NCBI GenBank assembly: GCA_965219725.1
Contig: CBDCOF010000002.1
Coordinates: forward strand, 1,905,433-1,937,432
DNA: 32,000 bases
Direction: 5' to 3'
DNA from: Dehalococcoidia bacterium
GTDB taxonomy: Bacteria; Chloroflexota; Dehalococcoidia; Lucifugimonadales; JAGWBF01
Shown: in pieces, positions 14,936 through 23,466 of the stretch
Layout of the letters: each line of letters begins with the position of its first letter
Numbering within the stretch: the stretch's first letter is position 1
Notes under the pieces: generated by a model
Databases searched by the model: none
What the model was told of the DNA's origin: nothing
What the model saw: only the letters and a program-made list of their open reading frames with translations
Translations under genes and position numbers: made by a program

Positions 14936-17218
14936 ATGTTCCAACAGATTGGCAACTTCGCTGTCCGGTTCCGGTGGCCCATAATCCTCTTCTGGGCTAC
15001 CCTCTTTATCATTACCGTCCCCTTTGCGCCCAGGGTTGGCTCCCAACTCAAGGAGGGCTTCGGCGACGCGCAAACCGAGTCCAGGGAAGCCCTGGACATC
15101 CTCATCGAGGAACTGGGGGCCACCGAGTCCCTCATACCCCTGGCCTTTTCCAGCGATACCCTCACGGTGGACGACCCCCGCTATGCGTCGGAGATGAGGA
15201 AAGTCCTCGCCACCGTCGAGGAGATACCCGAGGTAGAGGCTGTCACCACCTTCTACAATTCCGTCAGTTCCAACCTGGTCTCCGATGATGGCCGCACCAC
15301 CCTGGCCCTGGTCTATCTGGACCTGGAGGTGGATGAGGTCCTGGACATCTTCCCGTCCCTGAATGAGCGGGTGAAGCTGGCCGGTTCCTCCAGCGAGGAG
15401 CTTGAGGTCTGGGCCGTGGGAGGCATCGCCATATTCTCCGACCTCAACGAGGCCTCGGAGAGGGACCTACGCCGGGCCGAGGCGGTGAGCCTGCCCCTGG
15501 TGCTGGTTGCCCTGCTAATAGTGTTCGGAGGGCTGGTGGCGGCGGGGCTTCCGGTGGCTATGGGGGCTATCAGCGTGTCCACATCCCTTGCCGGCCTCCT
15601 CCTCCTGGCCCAGGTCACGGACATGTCCATCTTTGCCCTCAACATCGTCTCATTCCTGGGGCTGGGGGTGGCGGTGGACTACTCCCTCTTGGTGGTAAGC
15701 CGCTTTCGCGAGGAATTGGCAAGGGGACGGGGGGGAGAAGGGGGTTATACGGCAGGCCAACAGGGGGTAACTCCCCGGGCGGCGGCCCGGCAGCAGGTTG
15801 ACGATGCCGTCCTCCGCACCGTTGCCACTGCGGGGAAGGCCCTCCTTTTCTCGGGAATCACGTCGGTGCTGGGGATGTCGGGCCTGCTCCTCTTTGAGTT
15901 TATGATGCTCCGGTCCATAGGGATGGGGGGGATGCTGGTCATGGTGGTATCCTTCCTCATAGCCATGACCCTGCTCCCCGCCATATTGAGCGTCCTTGGG
16001 CACAGGGTGGACCGCCTGTCCCTGGTCCGCCCGAGGCGGGAGGCCCAGGGGAGCGGGTTCTGGCGCCGCCTTGCCTCGTGGGTGATGAGACATCCCTTTG
16101 CGGTATCCGTCCCCCTTATCATCTTCCTGGCGCTGCTGGGCACGCCCTTCCTGGGGGTGAAGATTGGCGCGCCCTGGGCCAGCATCCTGCCCCCCGACGC
16201 CGAGTCCCGCCAGAGGGGGGAGGTCCTCTCCGAGAGGATGGGGCCGGGGGCCCTTTCTCCCATCGTGGTAGTCGTCCAGTCTTCCGAAGACATCCTCACC
16301 CCCGGCAACATCGGCGCGCTGTACGACTTCCTCCAACCCATCCAGGAGGACCCAAGGGTGGAAAGGGTGGAGAGCCTTGTCACCCTGGACCCGTCTCTGG
16401 ACAGGGCGGACTACCAGGCATTGTACGCCAGCCGGGGAATTTGGCCCCCCCAGGTGAGGCAGTTGGTGGGAGAGTTCGCCGCCGGCGGCACTACGGTGGT
16501 CCGCATCTACAGCAGGTTCTCGCCCACTGCCGATGAGACCAAGGAGTTGGTGGAGGATATACGCTCCGCCCCGGAGATAGACGGCATCCGCATCCTCGTG
16601 ACCGGGGAGACGGCGGCCCTGGAGGATGCCATTTCTGTGATGTACAGCGATTTTCCCAAAGCCGTGATTTACGTGATGGTAGCCATGTACCTGGCCCTGC
16701 TGGTGCTGTTCCGGTCGGTGGTACTGCCCCTCAAGGCGGTGATAATGAACGGGATGAGCATATTTGCCAGCTATGGCGCTCTGGTATTCATCTTCCAGCA
16801 GGGCCACTTCCAGGGACTGCTGGGCTTTCAGGCGGAGGGGTTCATAGAGCCTACCGTCCCCATCCTGTTGTTCGCCATAGTATTCGGCCTGAGCATGGAC
16901 TACGAGGTCTTTCTTCTCAGCAGGGTGAAAGAGATATATGACGAGACGGGAGACAATGCTGCGAGCGTCGCCCAGGGCCTAGAGAGGACGGGAAGGGTGA
17001 TAACAAGCGCCGCGATGATCCTGGTGTTGGTGGCCGCGTCCTTTGCCACGGCGGACATAGTGGTAGTAAAAGCCCTGGGCCTGGGCACGGCCATAGCGGT
17101 ATTCCTGGATGCTACGGTGGTGAGGGCCTTGCTGGTGCCCGCCCTGATGCGTATCATGGGCAACTGGAACTGGTGGTCCCCCGCTTTTCTGAGAAGGATT
17201 TTACCTGGAGGGGGCTGA
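14936..17218 (+). CDS. MMPL-family (RND superfamily) membrane transporter
   Basis: 760 aa with a duplicated 6-TM architecture and two extracytoplasmic loops. Typical MMPL patterns are present (GVAVDYSLLVVSRFREEL and GLSMDYEVFLLSRVKE). Confidence 0.9.
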   Translation: MFQQIGNFAVRFRWPIILFWATLFIITVPFAPRVGSQLKEGFGDAQTESREALDILIEELGATESLIPLAFSSDTLTVDDPRYASEMRKVLATVEEIPEVEAVTTFYNSVSSNLVSDDGRTTLALVYLDLEVDEVLDIFPSLNERVKLAGSSSEELEVWAVGGIAIFSDLNEASERDLRRAEAVSLPLVLVALLIVFGGLVAAGLPVAMGAISVSTSLAGLLLLAQVTDMSIFALNIVSFLGLGVAVDYSLLVVSRFREELARGRGGEGGYTAGQQGVTPRAAARQQVDDAVLRTVATAGKALLFSGITSVLGMSGLLLFEFMMLRSIGMGGMLVMVVSFLIAMTLLPAILSVLGHRVDRLSLVRPRREAQGSGFWRRLASWVMRHPFAVSVPLIIFLALLGTPFLGVKIGAPWASILPPDAESRQRGEVLSERMGPGALSPIVVVVQSSEDILTPGNIGALYDFLQPIQEDPRVERVESLVTLDPSLDRADYQALYASRGIWPPQVRQLVGEFAAGGTTVVRIYSRFSPTADETKELVEDIRSAPEIDGIRILVTGETAALEDAISVMYSDFPKAVIYVMVAMYLALLVLFRSVVLPLKAVIMNGMSIFASYGALVFIFQQGHFQGLLGFQAEGFIEPTVPILLFAIVFGLSMDYEVFLLSRVKEIYDETGDNAASVAQGLERTGRVITSAAMILVLVAASFATADIVVVKALGLGTAIAVFLDATVVRALLVPALMRIMGNWNWWSPAFLRRILPGGG

Positions 17219-17235
17219 TGTCTGGGATAATTGCC

Positions 17236-18003
17236 GCCGGCTATTTTCATAATAATTCCCCATGGCCTTGCGGGCCACATACGAGGATGAAAATGACGGC
17301 AGCCTCCCCACCGTCATTCCGGCGTAGGCCGGAATCCAGGGGTGAGGGGTGGGTGACTCGCAATGGCCGCCTACGTCGCGAGACCCTGGATTCCCGCTTT
17401 CGCGGGAATGACGGTGCTGGTGGGTGTCTATTTTCATGGTAATTGCCCCTGCCCCTGCGGGCCACATACGAGGATGAAAATGACGGCAGCCTCCCCACCG
17501 TCATTCCGGCGTAGGCCGGAATCCAGGGGGGGGGTGACTCGCAATGGCCGCTTACGTCGCGAGACCCTGGATTCCCGCTTTCGCGGGAATGACGGTGCTG
17601 GCGGGTGTCTATTTTCATGGTAATTGCCCCTGCCCCTGCGGGCCACATACGAGGATGAAAATGACGGCAGCCTCCCCACCGTCATTCCGGCGTAGGCCGG
17701 AATCCAGGGGGGGGTGACTCGCAATGGCCGCTTACGTCGCGAGACCCTGGATTCCCGCTTTCGCGGGAATGACGGTGCTGGCGGGTGTCTATTTTCATGG
17801 TAATTGCCCCTGCCCCTGCGGGCCACATACGAGGATGAAAACCCTATTTTCATAATAATTGCCCCTGCCCCCGCGGGCCGCATACGAGGATGAAAATCGT
17901 ACGGTTTCCCCACCGTCACTCCCGCGAAAGCGGGAGTCCACCGCCCCGCCCCTGGATTCCGGCCTACGCCGGAATGACGGTGGGCATCTATTTTAATAAT
18001 AAT
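17236..18003. repeat. Array of family-1 composite units: about 3.3 near-identical tandem copies (180-181 bp) plus degenerate flanking copies
   Basis: The unit start CTATTTTCAT recurs at 17242, 17428, 17609 and 17789. Each unit has three parts: ATTTTCAT..(40 nt)..ATGAAAAT; GTCATTCCGGC-GTAG-GCCGGAATCCAGGGG; and a 40-nt spacer followed by CCCTGGATTCCCGC-TTTC-GCGGGAATGAC. 17845-18003 is a diverged copy. Confidence 0.9.
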
Positions 18004-18111
18004 GGCATTATGACGAATTGGGGGCGCAGGTATGATGAGGCTTCATACCACCTGAAATGCAACGCTACCCGGCAAAAGCGGGACTAGAGGAAACGGGATG
18101 TTTCGGCTATA

Positions 18112-18639
18112 ATGTCTGCAAACAAAAATGAGGGTGGTGTCTTGGTAACTAAGGATGAGTTTCGACGGTGCATGTCCGAGTTCGCGACAGGGGTCACGGT
18201 AGTAACTACCCTGGACGAAGAGGGTGAGATACATGGCATGAGTGCCAACTCCTTTACCTCGGTATGTCTTGAGCCGCCCATAGTCTTGGTGTGTGTTGCC
18301 CATAACACCAACACCTACCGGTTGGTCGAGAACCGGAAGTCCTTTGGGATCAACATCCTCAGCGGCGACCAGGAGGGTGTGGGCAAGTATTTTGCCAGGA
18401 GGCCCGAGGACAGGACCGGAGACGTTGGCTACGATTATTCTCTATCGTCAGCCTGTGAGGTGCCGGCCCTGAAGGGTGCCCTGGCCTTTTTCGGCTGTCA
18501 GGTTGTGGACTCCTACGTGTATGGAGACCACACCATATACATAGCCGAGGTTAAGGAGATATACAAGGGCGAGCCTGGGGGTGTACCCCTCCTGTTCTTC
18601 GAGAGCAGGTGGTACGGGAACATGGACATGGCAGGCTAG
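18112..18639 (+). CDS. Flavin reductase family protein (HpaC/NADH:flavin oxidoreductase-like)
   Basis: 175 aa with the FRR-MSEFATGVTVVTT motif, S-NSFTSV-L-PP--LV and GDH-I-I-EV. The ATG 18112 overlaps a TATAAT string and has a weak SD. TTG 18142 (after GAGGGTGG) is an alternative start. Confidence 0.85.
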   Translation: MSANKNEGGVLVTKDEFRRCMSEFATGVTVVTTLDEEGEIHGMSANSFTSVCLEPPIVLVCVAHNTNTYRLVENRKSFGINILSGDQEGVGKYFARRPEDRTGDVGYDYSLSSACEVPALKGALAFFGCQVVDSYVYGDHTIYIAEVKEIYKGEPGGVPLLFFESRWYGNMDMAG

Positions 18640-19325
18640 TCCAGACTCCAGAGGAACTTCTCAATAGTCTCGTTAACCTCCCGGTATCGTTCAAGCTGCA
18701 CGTAGTGGGTCGCATTATCGAAAATTGCCTTCTCCGACCCCTGAATCTTGTCGGCTAGATAATCTGTGTATTTTACAGGGGTCATCACGTCCTCAGAGCC
18801 GCAGACCATCTGGGTGGGCAGGGTTATCTTGCTGACCTCGTCCATCATGTCGAACTTGTCGCAGCAGAGCAGGTCGTTGTGCTTGACCGATGGGCCTACC
18901 TCTGCCGACCTTCGCATAATGACCTGCTGTATATCGGGTTCGACCCTGGAAAGCTCCGCTTTACGGTTCTCCAGCCAGTTGGCGGGGTCTTTCTCGCCGT
19001 CTTTACAGTCTTCCAGGTACTGGGGATGGACCCTGAGCTTGGCCCCCGTGCCCACCAGGATGATGCCCACCAATTCCTCGGGGTATTTAAGGGCGTAATG
19101 CTGGGTGATGGCCCCGCCCATGGAATGTCCGCACAGCACCACGTCTTTGTACCTCCGGGCGGCTATGAATCCCCGGACCCATTCCACGTAGCCCTCAACG
19201 CTGCTGCACGGCCTGCCGGTGGGGTGCCCTGGCAGGTCTATCCCTTTGGCGTTCCTGAAGTGGCGTAGTTGGTAATAAAATGAGAGACTTGAGTCCCCTG
19301 CGCCATGAATAAATACCAGTTTCAT
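18636..19325 (-). CDS. Alpha/beta hydrolase with a canonical catalytic triad
   Basis: 229 aa with HGAG near the N-terminus, the nucleophile elbow CGHSMGG, and a late ATHY region. It overlaps the convergent flavin reductase gene by 4 bp. Confidence 0.85.
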   Translation of the reverse strand: MKLVFIHGAGDSSLSFYYQLRHFRNAKGIDLPGHPTGRPCSSVEGYVEWVRGFIAARRYKDVVLCGHSMGGAITQHYALKYPEELVGIILVGTGAKLRVHPQYLEDCKDGEKDPANWLENRKAELSRVEPDIQQVIMRRSAEVGPSVKHNDLLCCDKFDMMDEVSKITLPTQMVCGSEDVMTPVKYTDYLADKIQGSEKAIFDNATHYVQLERYREVNETIEKFLWSLD

Positions 19326-19447
19326 CCGGTGTTCCTTTCTTTAGTTTAGGGTTGGGTGTGTAGTGTGGACCGCAAGGCCCAAAGTAGAATTCTATAATAA
19401 AATCTTCCGATTGGAAAGAGACTCAGGGGGAAGGACGCTCCCGTCGG

Positions 19448-19477
19448 TTGCAAACCTTTCTGCCTGTGGGCTATGAT
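19448..19477 (+). promoter_or_regulatory. Candidate promoter TTGCAA-18-TATGAT upstream of glcD
   Basis: The hexamers were read from the sequence. The ATG at 19508 is about 25 nt after the expected transcription start, with a GGGGGA SD. Confidence 0.4.
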
Positions 19478-19507
19478 GGGGGAACACTGATTACCTAGCC
19501 GGGGGAT

Positions 19508-20959
19508 ATGTTGGCACAGAATTGGCGAAGCATAATAAGGGACCTGGAAAGCATAGTAGGCAAGGAGCATGTAATCTATCACCCGGAAGACCTGCTGGTC
19601 TTTGAGTACGACGGCTCCATAGACAAGGCTACTCCCCAGGCCGTGGCGTTTCCCGCATCCACCGAGGAGACCAGCCGGGTCGTGGCCCTTGCCCATAGGG
19701 AGGGCGTTCCGGTGGTTGGGAGGGGTTCGGGCACCGGCCTGAGCGGGGGTGCCATAGCCAGCCTTGGCGGTATCCAGGTAGCCCTCACCCGCATGAGGCA
19801 AGTCTTGGAGATTGACACGACTAACCGGGTGGCAGTGGTCGAGCCGGGGGTGGTGAACCTGGACCTGGATACCTATGCCCACAAGTTCGGCCTACGCTAC
19901 GCCCCGGACCCCTCCAGCCAGAAGGCTTGCAGTCTGGGGGGCAACATTGCGGAGAACGCGGGAGGCCCCCACTGCCTGGCCTATGGGGTCACGTCCAACC
20001 ACGTGCTGGGTATGGAGGTGGTGCTGGAAGACGGCTCGGTATCCTGGCTGGGCGGCAAGACCGCAGAATCGCCGGGGTATGACCTCCGGGGCGTCTTCAT
20101 AGGCTCCGAGGGGACCTTTGGCATCGCCACCAAGATTGTGGTCCGGCTCCTGCCCATCCCCGAGTCGGTGAAGACCCTCCTGGGCGTGTTCCCGGACGTG
20201 GACTCTGCATGTACGGCTGTCTCCAGCACCATAGGCCAGGGCATCGTACCCGCCGCCATGGAGATAATAGACGCGGCATGTATCAAAGCCATCCTCAACG
20301 TGACCAAGGGAGTCTTCCCCGACGATGCAGGGGCGGTCCTTCTGGTAGAGGTGGAGGGACTGATAGAAGAGGTTGATGAACTGAGCGCGGAAGTTGAGGC
20401 CACCATGTACGACACTGGGGCTATGGAGGTCAAGATAGCCCTGGATGCCCAGGAACGGGAGCGGCTGTGGTCGGCCCGCAAGGGCGCTTTCGGAGCGCTG
20501 GGCAGCCTGGCCCCTAACTACTACCTGGTGGATGGCGTGGTCCCCCGGACCCGGCTCACCGAGACCCTACGAAGGGTTGCCGAGATCGGTGACAGGTACG
20601 AACTTCTCGTAGCCAATGTATTCCATGCCGGAGACGGGAACCTCCACCCTTGCATCGCCTTCGACGATAGGGAGCCGGGCGCCTCGGAGAAGGTGCTAGC
20701 GGCGGGAGAGGAGATGATGGGCCTGTGCGTGGAGATGGGGGGGACTCTTTCGGGAGAGCATGGAATCGGCCTGGAGAAGAAGGCATTTATGCCCCTTATA
20801 TTCACCCAGCAGGATATGGACACTATGATGAAGGTGCGCAGCGCCTTCTCCCCGGTTGGCATCTTCAATCCGGGCAAGATTTTCCCCGGCGGCCCCGAGT
20901 ACGACCAGGCTATGCAGCGCAGGGCCGTGTCCAGCGTAGGCCCGGGAGCGCACATCTAG
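19508..20959 (+). CDS. glcD: Glycolate oxidase subunit GlcD (FAD-linked oxidase)
   Basis: 483 aa with a PCMH-type FAD-binding domain (RGSGTGLSGG, GYDL) and the C-terminal GG--SGEHGIG-K motif. GlcE- and GlcF-like genes lie downstream. Confidence 0.9.
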   Translation: MLAQNWRSIIRDLESIVGKEHVIYHPEDLLVFEYDGSIDKATPQAVAFPASTEETSRVVALAHREGVPVVGRGSGTGLSGGAIASLGGIQVALTRMRQVLEIDTTNRVAVVEPGVVNLDLDTYAHKFGLRYAPDPSSQKACSLGGNIAENAGGPHCLAYGVTSNHVLGMEVVLEDGSVSWLGGKTAESPGYDLRGVFIGSEGTFGIATKIVVRLLPIPESVKTLLGVFPDVDSACTAVSSTIGQGIVPAAMEIIDAACIKAILNVTKGVFPDDAGAVLLVEVEGLIEEVDELSAEVEATMYDTGAMEVKIALDAQERERLWSARKGAFGALGSLAPNYYLVDGVVPRTRLTETLRRVAEIGDRYELLVANVFHAGDGNLHPCIAFDDREPGASEKVLAAGEEMMGLCVEMGGTLSGEHGIGLEKKAFMPLIFTQQDMDTMMKVRSAFSPVGIFNPGKIFPGGPEYDQAMQRRAVSSVGPGAHI

Positions 20960-20987
20960 CCCGCGCATATCCAATGGGAGGGAGAAG

Positions 20988-21341
20988 TTGACCACCCGCA
21001 CCGAAGAATATACTGCCATGAGCCGGAAGTTTTTCAGGGAAGCTGTGGAAGCCCTGGCGGAGGATGACCTGGTACAGGCTTCCGGGAAACTGTGGGACGC
21101 TGCCGCCCAGATGGTTGAGGCCGTTGCCGAAAGGCGCGGATGGCCTCACCACGACCACCGGGACCTGTACCTGATTGTAGAGAGACTTGCCGGTGAGACG
21201 GGAGATCGCAGGCTGATACACCTCTTCCAGTATGCCAGTGGCCTAGAGGGCAACTTTTATGAAAACTGGCAACCCATAGAATTTGTCCAGCGAGGGGTTG
21301 AGCAGATACGGGAGTTCATGGAGAAGATGGAGGCGCTCTAG
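20988..21341 (+). CDS. All-helical 117-aa protein, PaREP1 / HEPN-fold-like, paralog 1
   Basis: TTG start after GGGAGGGAGAAG. Pattern EAVEALAEDDLVQASGKLWDAAAQMVEAVAERRGWPHHDHRDLY...LEGNFYEN. One of three equally long tandem paralogs. Confidence 0.8.
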   Translation: MTTRTEEYTAMSRKFFREAVEALAEDDLVQASGKLWDAAAQMVEAVAERRGWPHHDHRDLYLIVERLAGETGDRRLIHLFQYASGLEGNFYENWQPIEFVQRGVEQIREFMEKMEAL

Positions 21342-21372
21342 TTTTCCGGTCAAGTCTGGTCTGGAGGGGAAA

Positions 21373-21726
21373 GTGACCACCCGCACCGAAGAATATACCG
21401 CCATGAGCCGGGAGCTTTTCAGGAAAGCTGTAGAAGCCCTGGAAGAGGATGACCTGGTACAGGCTTCTGAGAAGCTGTGGGGCGCTGCTGCACAGATGGT
21501 CAAGGCCGTTGCCGAAAGGCGTGGATGGCCTCACCGACAGCACCGAGACCTGTACCGGACGGTGGATAGGCTTGCTGCTGAGACTAGGGATGACGGTCTT
21601 ACACACCTGTTCGGGTATGCGAGTGAGTTGCATACCAACTTTTATGAACATTTGCGGCTCAGAGGCTTTATCGAGGAAGGGGTTGGGTATATACGAGAAT
21701 TAATAGATAAGCTGGAGGCACTTTAG
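21373..21726 (+). CDS. PaREP1 / HEPN-fold-like protein, paralog 2
   Basis: GTG start after GGAGGGGAAA, 385 bp after the paralog 1 start, and 117 codons long. The track ORF from ATG 21283 overlaps the end of paralog 1 in another frame and is not supported. Confidence 0.8.
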   Translation: MTTRTEEYTAMSRELFRKAVEALEEDDLVQASEKLWGAAAQMVKAVAERRGWPHRQHRDLYRTVDRLAAETRDDGLTHLFGYASELHTNFYEHLRLRGFIEEGVGYIRELIDKLEAL

Positions 21727-21757
21727 ATTTGCTGTCAATTCTGATTGGAGGAGGAAG

Positions 21758-22111
21758 TTGACTACCCGTACCGAAGAATATACTGCCATGAGCCGGGAGC
21801 TTTTCCAAAAGGCCGTGGAAGCCTTGGCAGAGGATGACCTGGTACAGGCTTCATGGAATCTGTGGGAGTCTGCGGCACGGATTGTTGAGGCCGTGGCTGA
21901 GAGGCATGGATGGCCTCACCGCGACTACCGGGACTTCTACCGGACTGTGGATAGGCTTGTTGCCGAGACAGGGGATAGCGGGATCGCATTCCTGTTCGCC
22001 TATGCCAATGGGTTGTATGAAAACTCCTTTGAAAACTGGCGGTCTAGGGGCTTTGTCCAGCAGGCAGTTGAGAGGATACGGGAGTTCATAGAGAAGATGG
22101 AGGCGCTTTAG
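21758..22111 (+). CDS. PaREP1 / HEPN-fold-like protein, paralog 3
   Basis: TTG start after GGAGGAGGAAG, 385 bp after the paralog 2 start, and 117 codons long. The C-terminus IREFIEKMEAL is close to that of paralog 1. Confidence 0.8.
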   Translation: MTTRTEEYTAMSRELFQKAVEALAEDDLVQASWNLWESAARIVEAVAERHGWPHRDYRDFYRTVDRLVAETGDSGIAFLFAYANGLYENSFENWRSRGFVQQAVERIREFIEKMEAL

Positions 22112-22120
22112 TTTTCCGTT

Positions 22121-23464
22121 ATGACATCGTTGTCGGATAAGCTGGTCGAGTCCCTGGAGAAGGATGCCCTGCTGCCCTTGGAGCAGCTGCCGGACTACGC
22201 AGTAGATGGGCTGGTCCCTGAGATGGTTGTTTTCCCCAGGGATGTGGGGTCCGTCTCCCAGGCCCTGTCTATTGTGTCCAGGCATGGGAAGAGGGTCGTG
22301 CCCTGGGGGGGCGGGACTCAGATGGCCCTGGGCAATGTGCCCGGTGGGGTCGACCTGGCACTGGGCCTCCGGCGGCTTGACCGCATCCTCTTCCATGAGC
22401 CTGGGGACCTGGTGGTCGGGGTAGAAGCCGGAGCAACCCTCAAGTCTCTCCAGGATGAGCTTGCCAAACAGGGACAGTTTCTACCCCTGATGGCCCCCAT
22501 CCCGTCCCGGGCTACCATTGGGGGAGTCCTGGCAGCCAACGCCGGCGGCCCCTTCAGGCTGGGCTACGGCGCTGCCAGGGACTGGCTCATAGGCATCAAG
22601 GTGGCGCACTCCGACGGCGCCGTCGCCAAAGCGGGCGGCAAAGTGGTCAAGAACGTGGCCGGCTATGACCTGAACAAGCTCTATACAGGCTCCCTGGGCA
22701 CCCTGGGCGTAATCGTGGAGGCCAACTTCAAGCTGGTCCCCCTGCCACCTGAGAGGCGGACAATTGTAGCTGCCTATTCCTCCCTGTCTGCCGCCCTGGA
22801 CGCAGCCCAAGGGCTTCTCCAACAGACTTCCATCCCCCAGGCGCTGCAAGTCATCAATCGAGGGATTATTGATAGGCTTCCGGGGCTGAACATCGCCGGT
22901 GATGGGGAGGCCGTCCTGCTGGCCCTCTTTGCAGGTAGAAGGTCGGCTGTGAAAAGGAAGGTGGATGACTCAACCCGGCTATTAAAGGGCGACGCCGCGA
23001 CTATAGACGACCTGGCCCAGAATGACGGCGACGGCCTATGGCAAGCCATAACCGACACGGGATGGGAAGAGGAGAGTCCACCCCTCCTTATGGCCAGGGC
23101 TATCTCCCTGCCGTCTCAGGTGGGGGATGTGTTGGCGATGGTTGATAGTCTCTCCTCGGGACAGGGGGTTATGCCGCCGGGGATTATGGCAGACGTGGGG
23201 GTGGGCCTGGTCCGCCTCGTGTGGTGGACGGAGGATAACATGCCCGACACGAGGGCAACCCTCGATGACCTGGTAAAGGGACTGCGCGACGGGATGCGTG
23301 GCTATGCGGGCCATCTCGTAATTGAGAGATGCCCGGTGGAGTTGAAACGCAGCATGGACGTATGGGGAGACTCTATGGAGGGTATGGATATTATGAGGCG
23401 GATCAAACATGAGCTAGACCCGGCAGGGATACTCAATCCGGGCCGCTTTGCAGGGAGAATATAG
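22121..23464 (+). CDS. glcE: Glycolate oxidase FAD-binding subunit GlcE-like
   Basis: 447 aa with a PCMH FAD-binding domain (GGGTQ, GG-VVKNVAGYDL-KL--GS-GTLG). No SD precedes the ATG, which lies 9 nt after the paralog 3 stop. Confidence 0.85.
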   Translation: MTSLSDKLVESLEKDALLPLEQLPDYAVDGLVPEMVVFPRDVGSVSQALSIVSRHGKRVVPWGGGTQMALGNVPGGVDLALGLRRLDRILFHEPGDLVVGVEAGATLKSLQDELAKQGQFLPLMAPIPSRATIGGVLAANAGGPFRLGYGAARDWLIGIKVAHSDGAVAKAGGKVVKNVAGYDLNKLYTGSLGTLGVIVEANFKLVPLPPERRTIVAAYSSLSAALDAAQGLLQQTSIPQALQVINRGIIDRLPGLNIAGDGEAVLLALFAGRRSAVKRKVDDSTRLLKGDAATIDDLAQNDGDGLWQAITDTGWEEESPPLLMARAISLPSQVGDVLAMVDSLSSGQGVMPPGIMADVGVGLVRLVWWTEDNMPDTRATLDDLVKGLRDGMRGYAGHLVIERCPVELKRSMDVWGDSMEGMDIMRRIKHELDPAGILNPGRFAGRI

Positions 23465-23466
23465 AA

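Noticed and set aside
17236-18003. Regularly spaced repeats that could be mistaken for a CRISPR array
   Set aside because: The whole 180-181 bp unit, including the would-be spacers, is repeated nearly identically. The repeats are nested palindromes shared with other intergenic loci in both orientations. No cas genes or leader are present.
18106-18114. The TATAAT string immediately upstream of, and overlapping, the flavin reductase ATG as a promoter -10 box
   Set aside because: A -10 element overlapping the start codon would exclude that ATG from the transcript. No suitable -35 hexamer was seen, so it is probably coincidental.
21130-21150. The R-x4-H string (RRGWPH) as proof of a HEPN RNase active site
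   Set aside because: The motif is conserved in all three paralogs. However, it sits mid-protein after helix 2, where non-catalytic KNTase_C/PaREP1-type HEPN folds have a G...H-x-L turn. Catalytic Rx4-6H motifs are usually in the last helix. I kept it as an observation inside the finding, not as a claim.
21283-21372. ATG 21283 as the start of paralog 2 (147-aa track ORF)
   Set aside because: The extension overlaps the 3' end of paralog 1 in another frame and has no counterpart in paralogs 1 and 3. GTG 21373 follows GGAGGGG and restores the 117-codon length and the 385-bp period.
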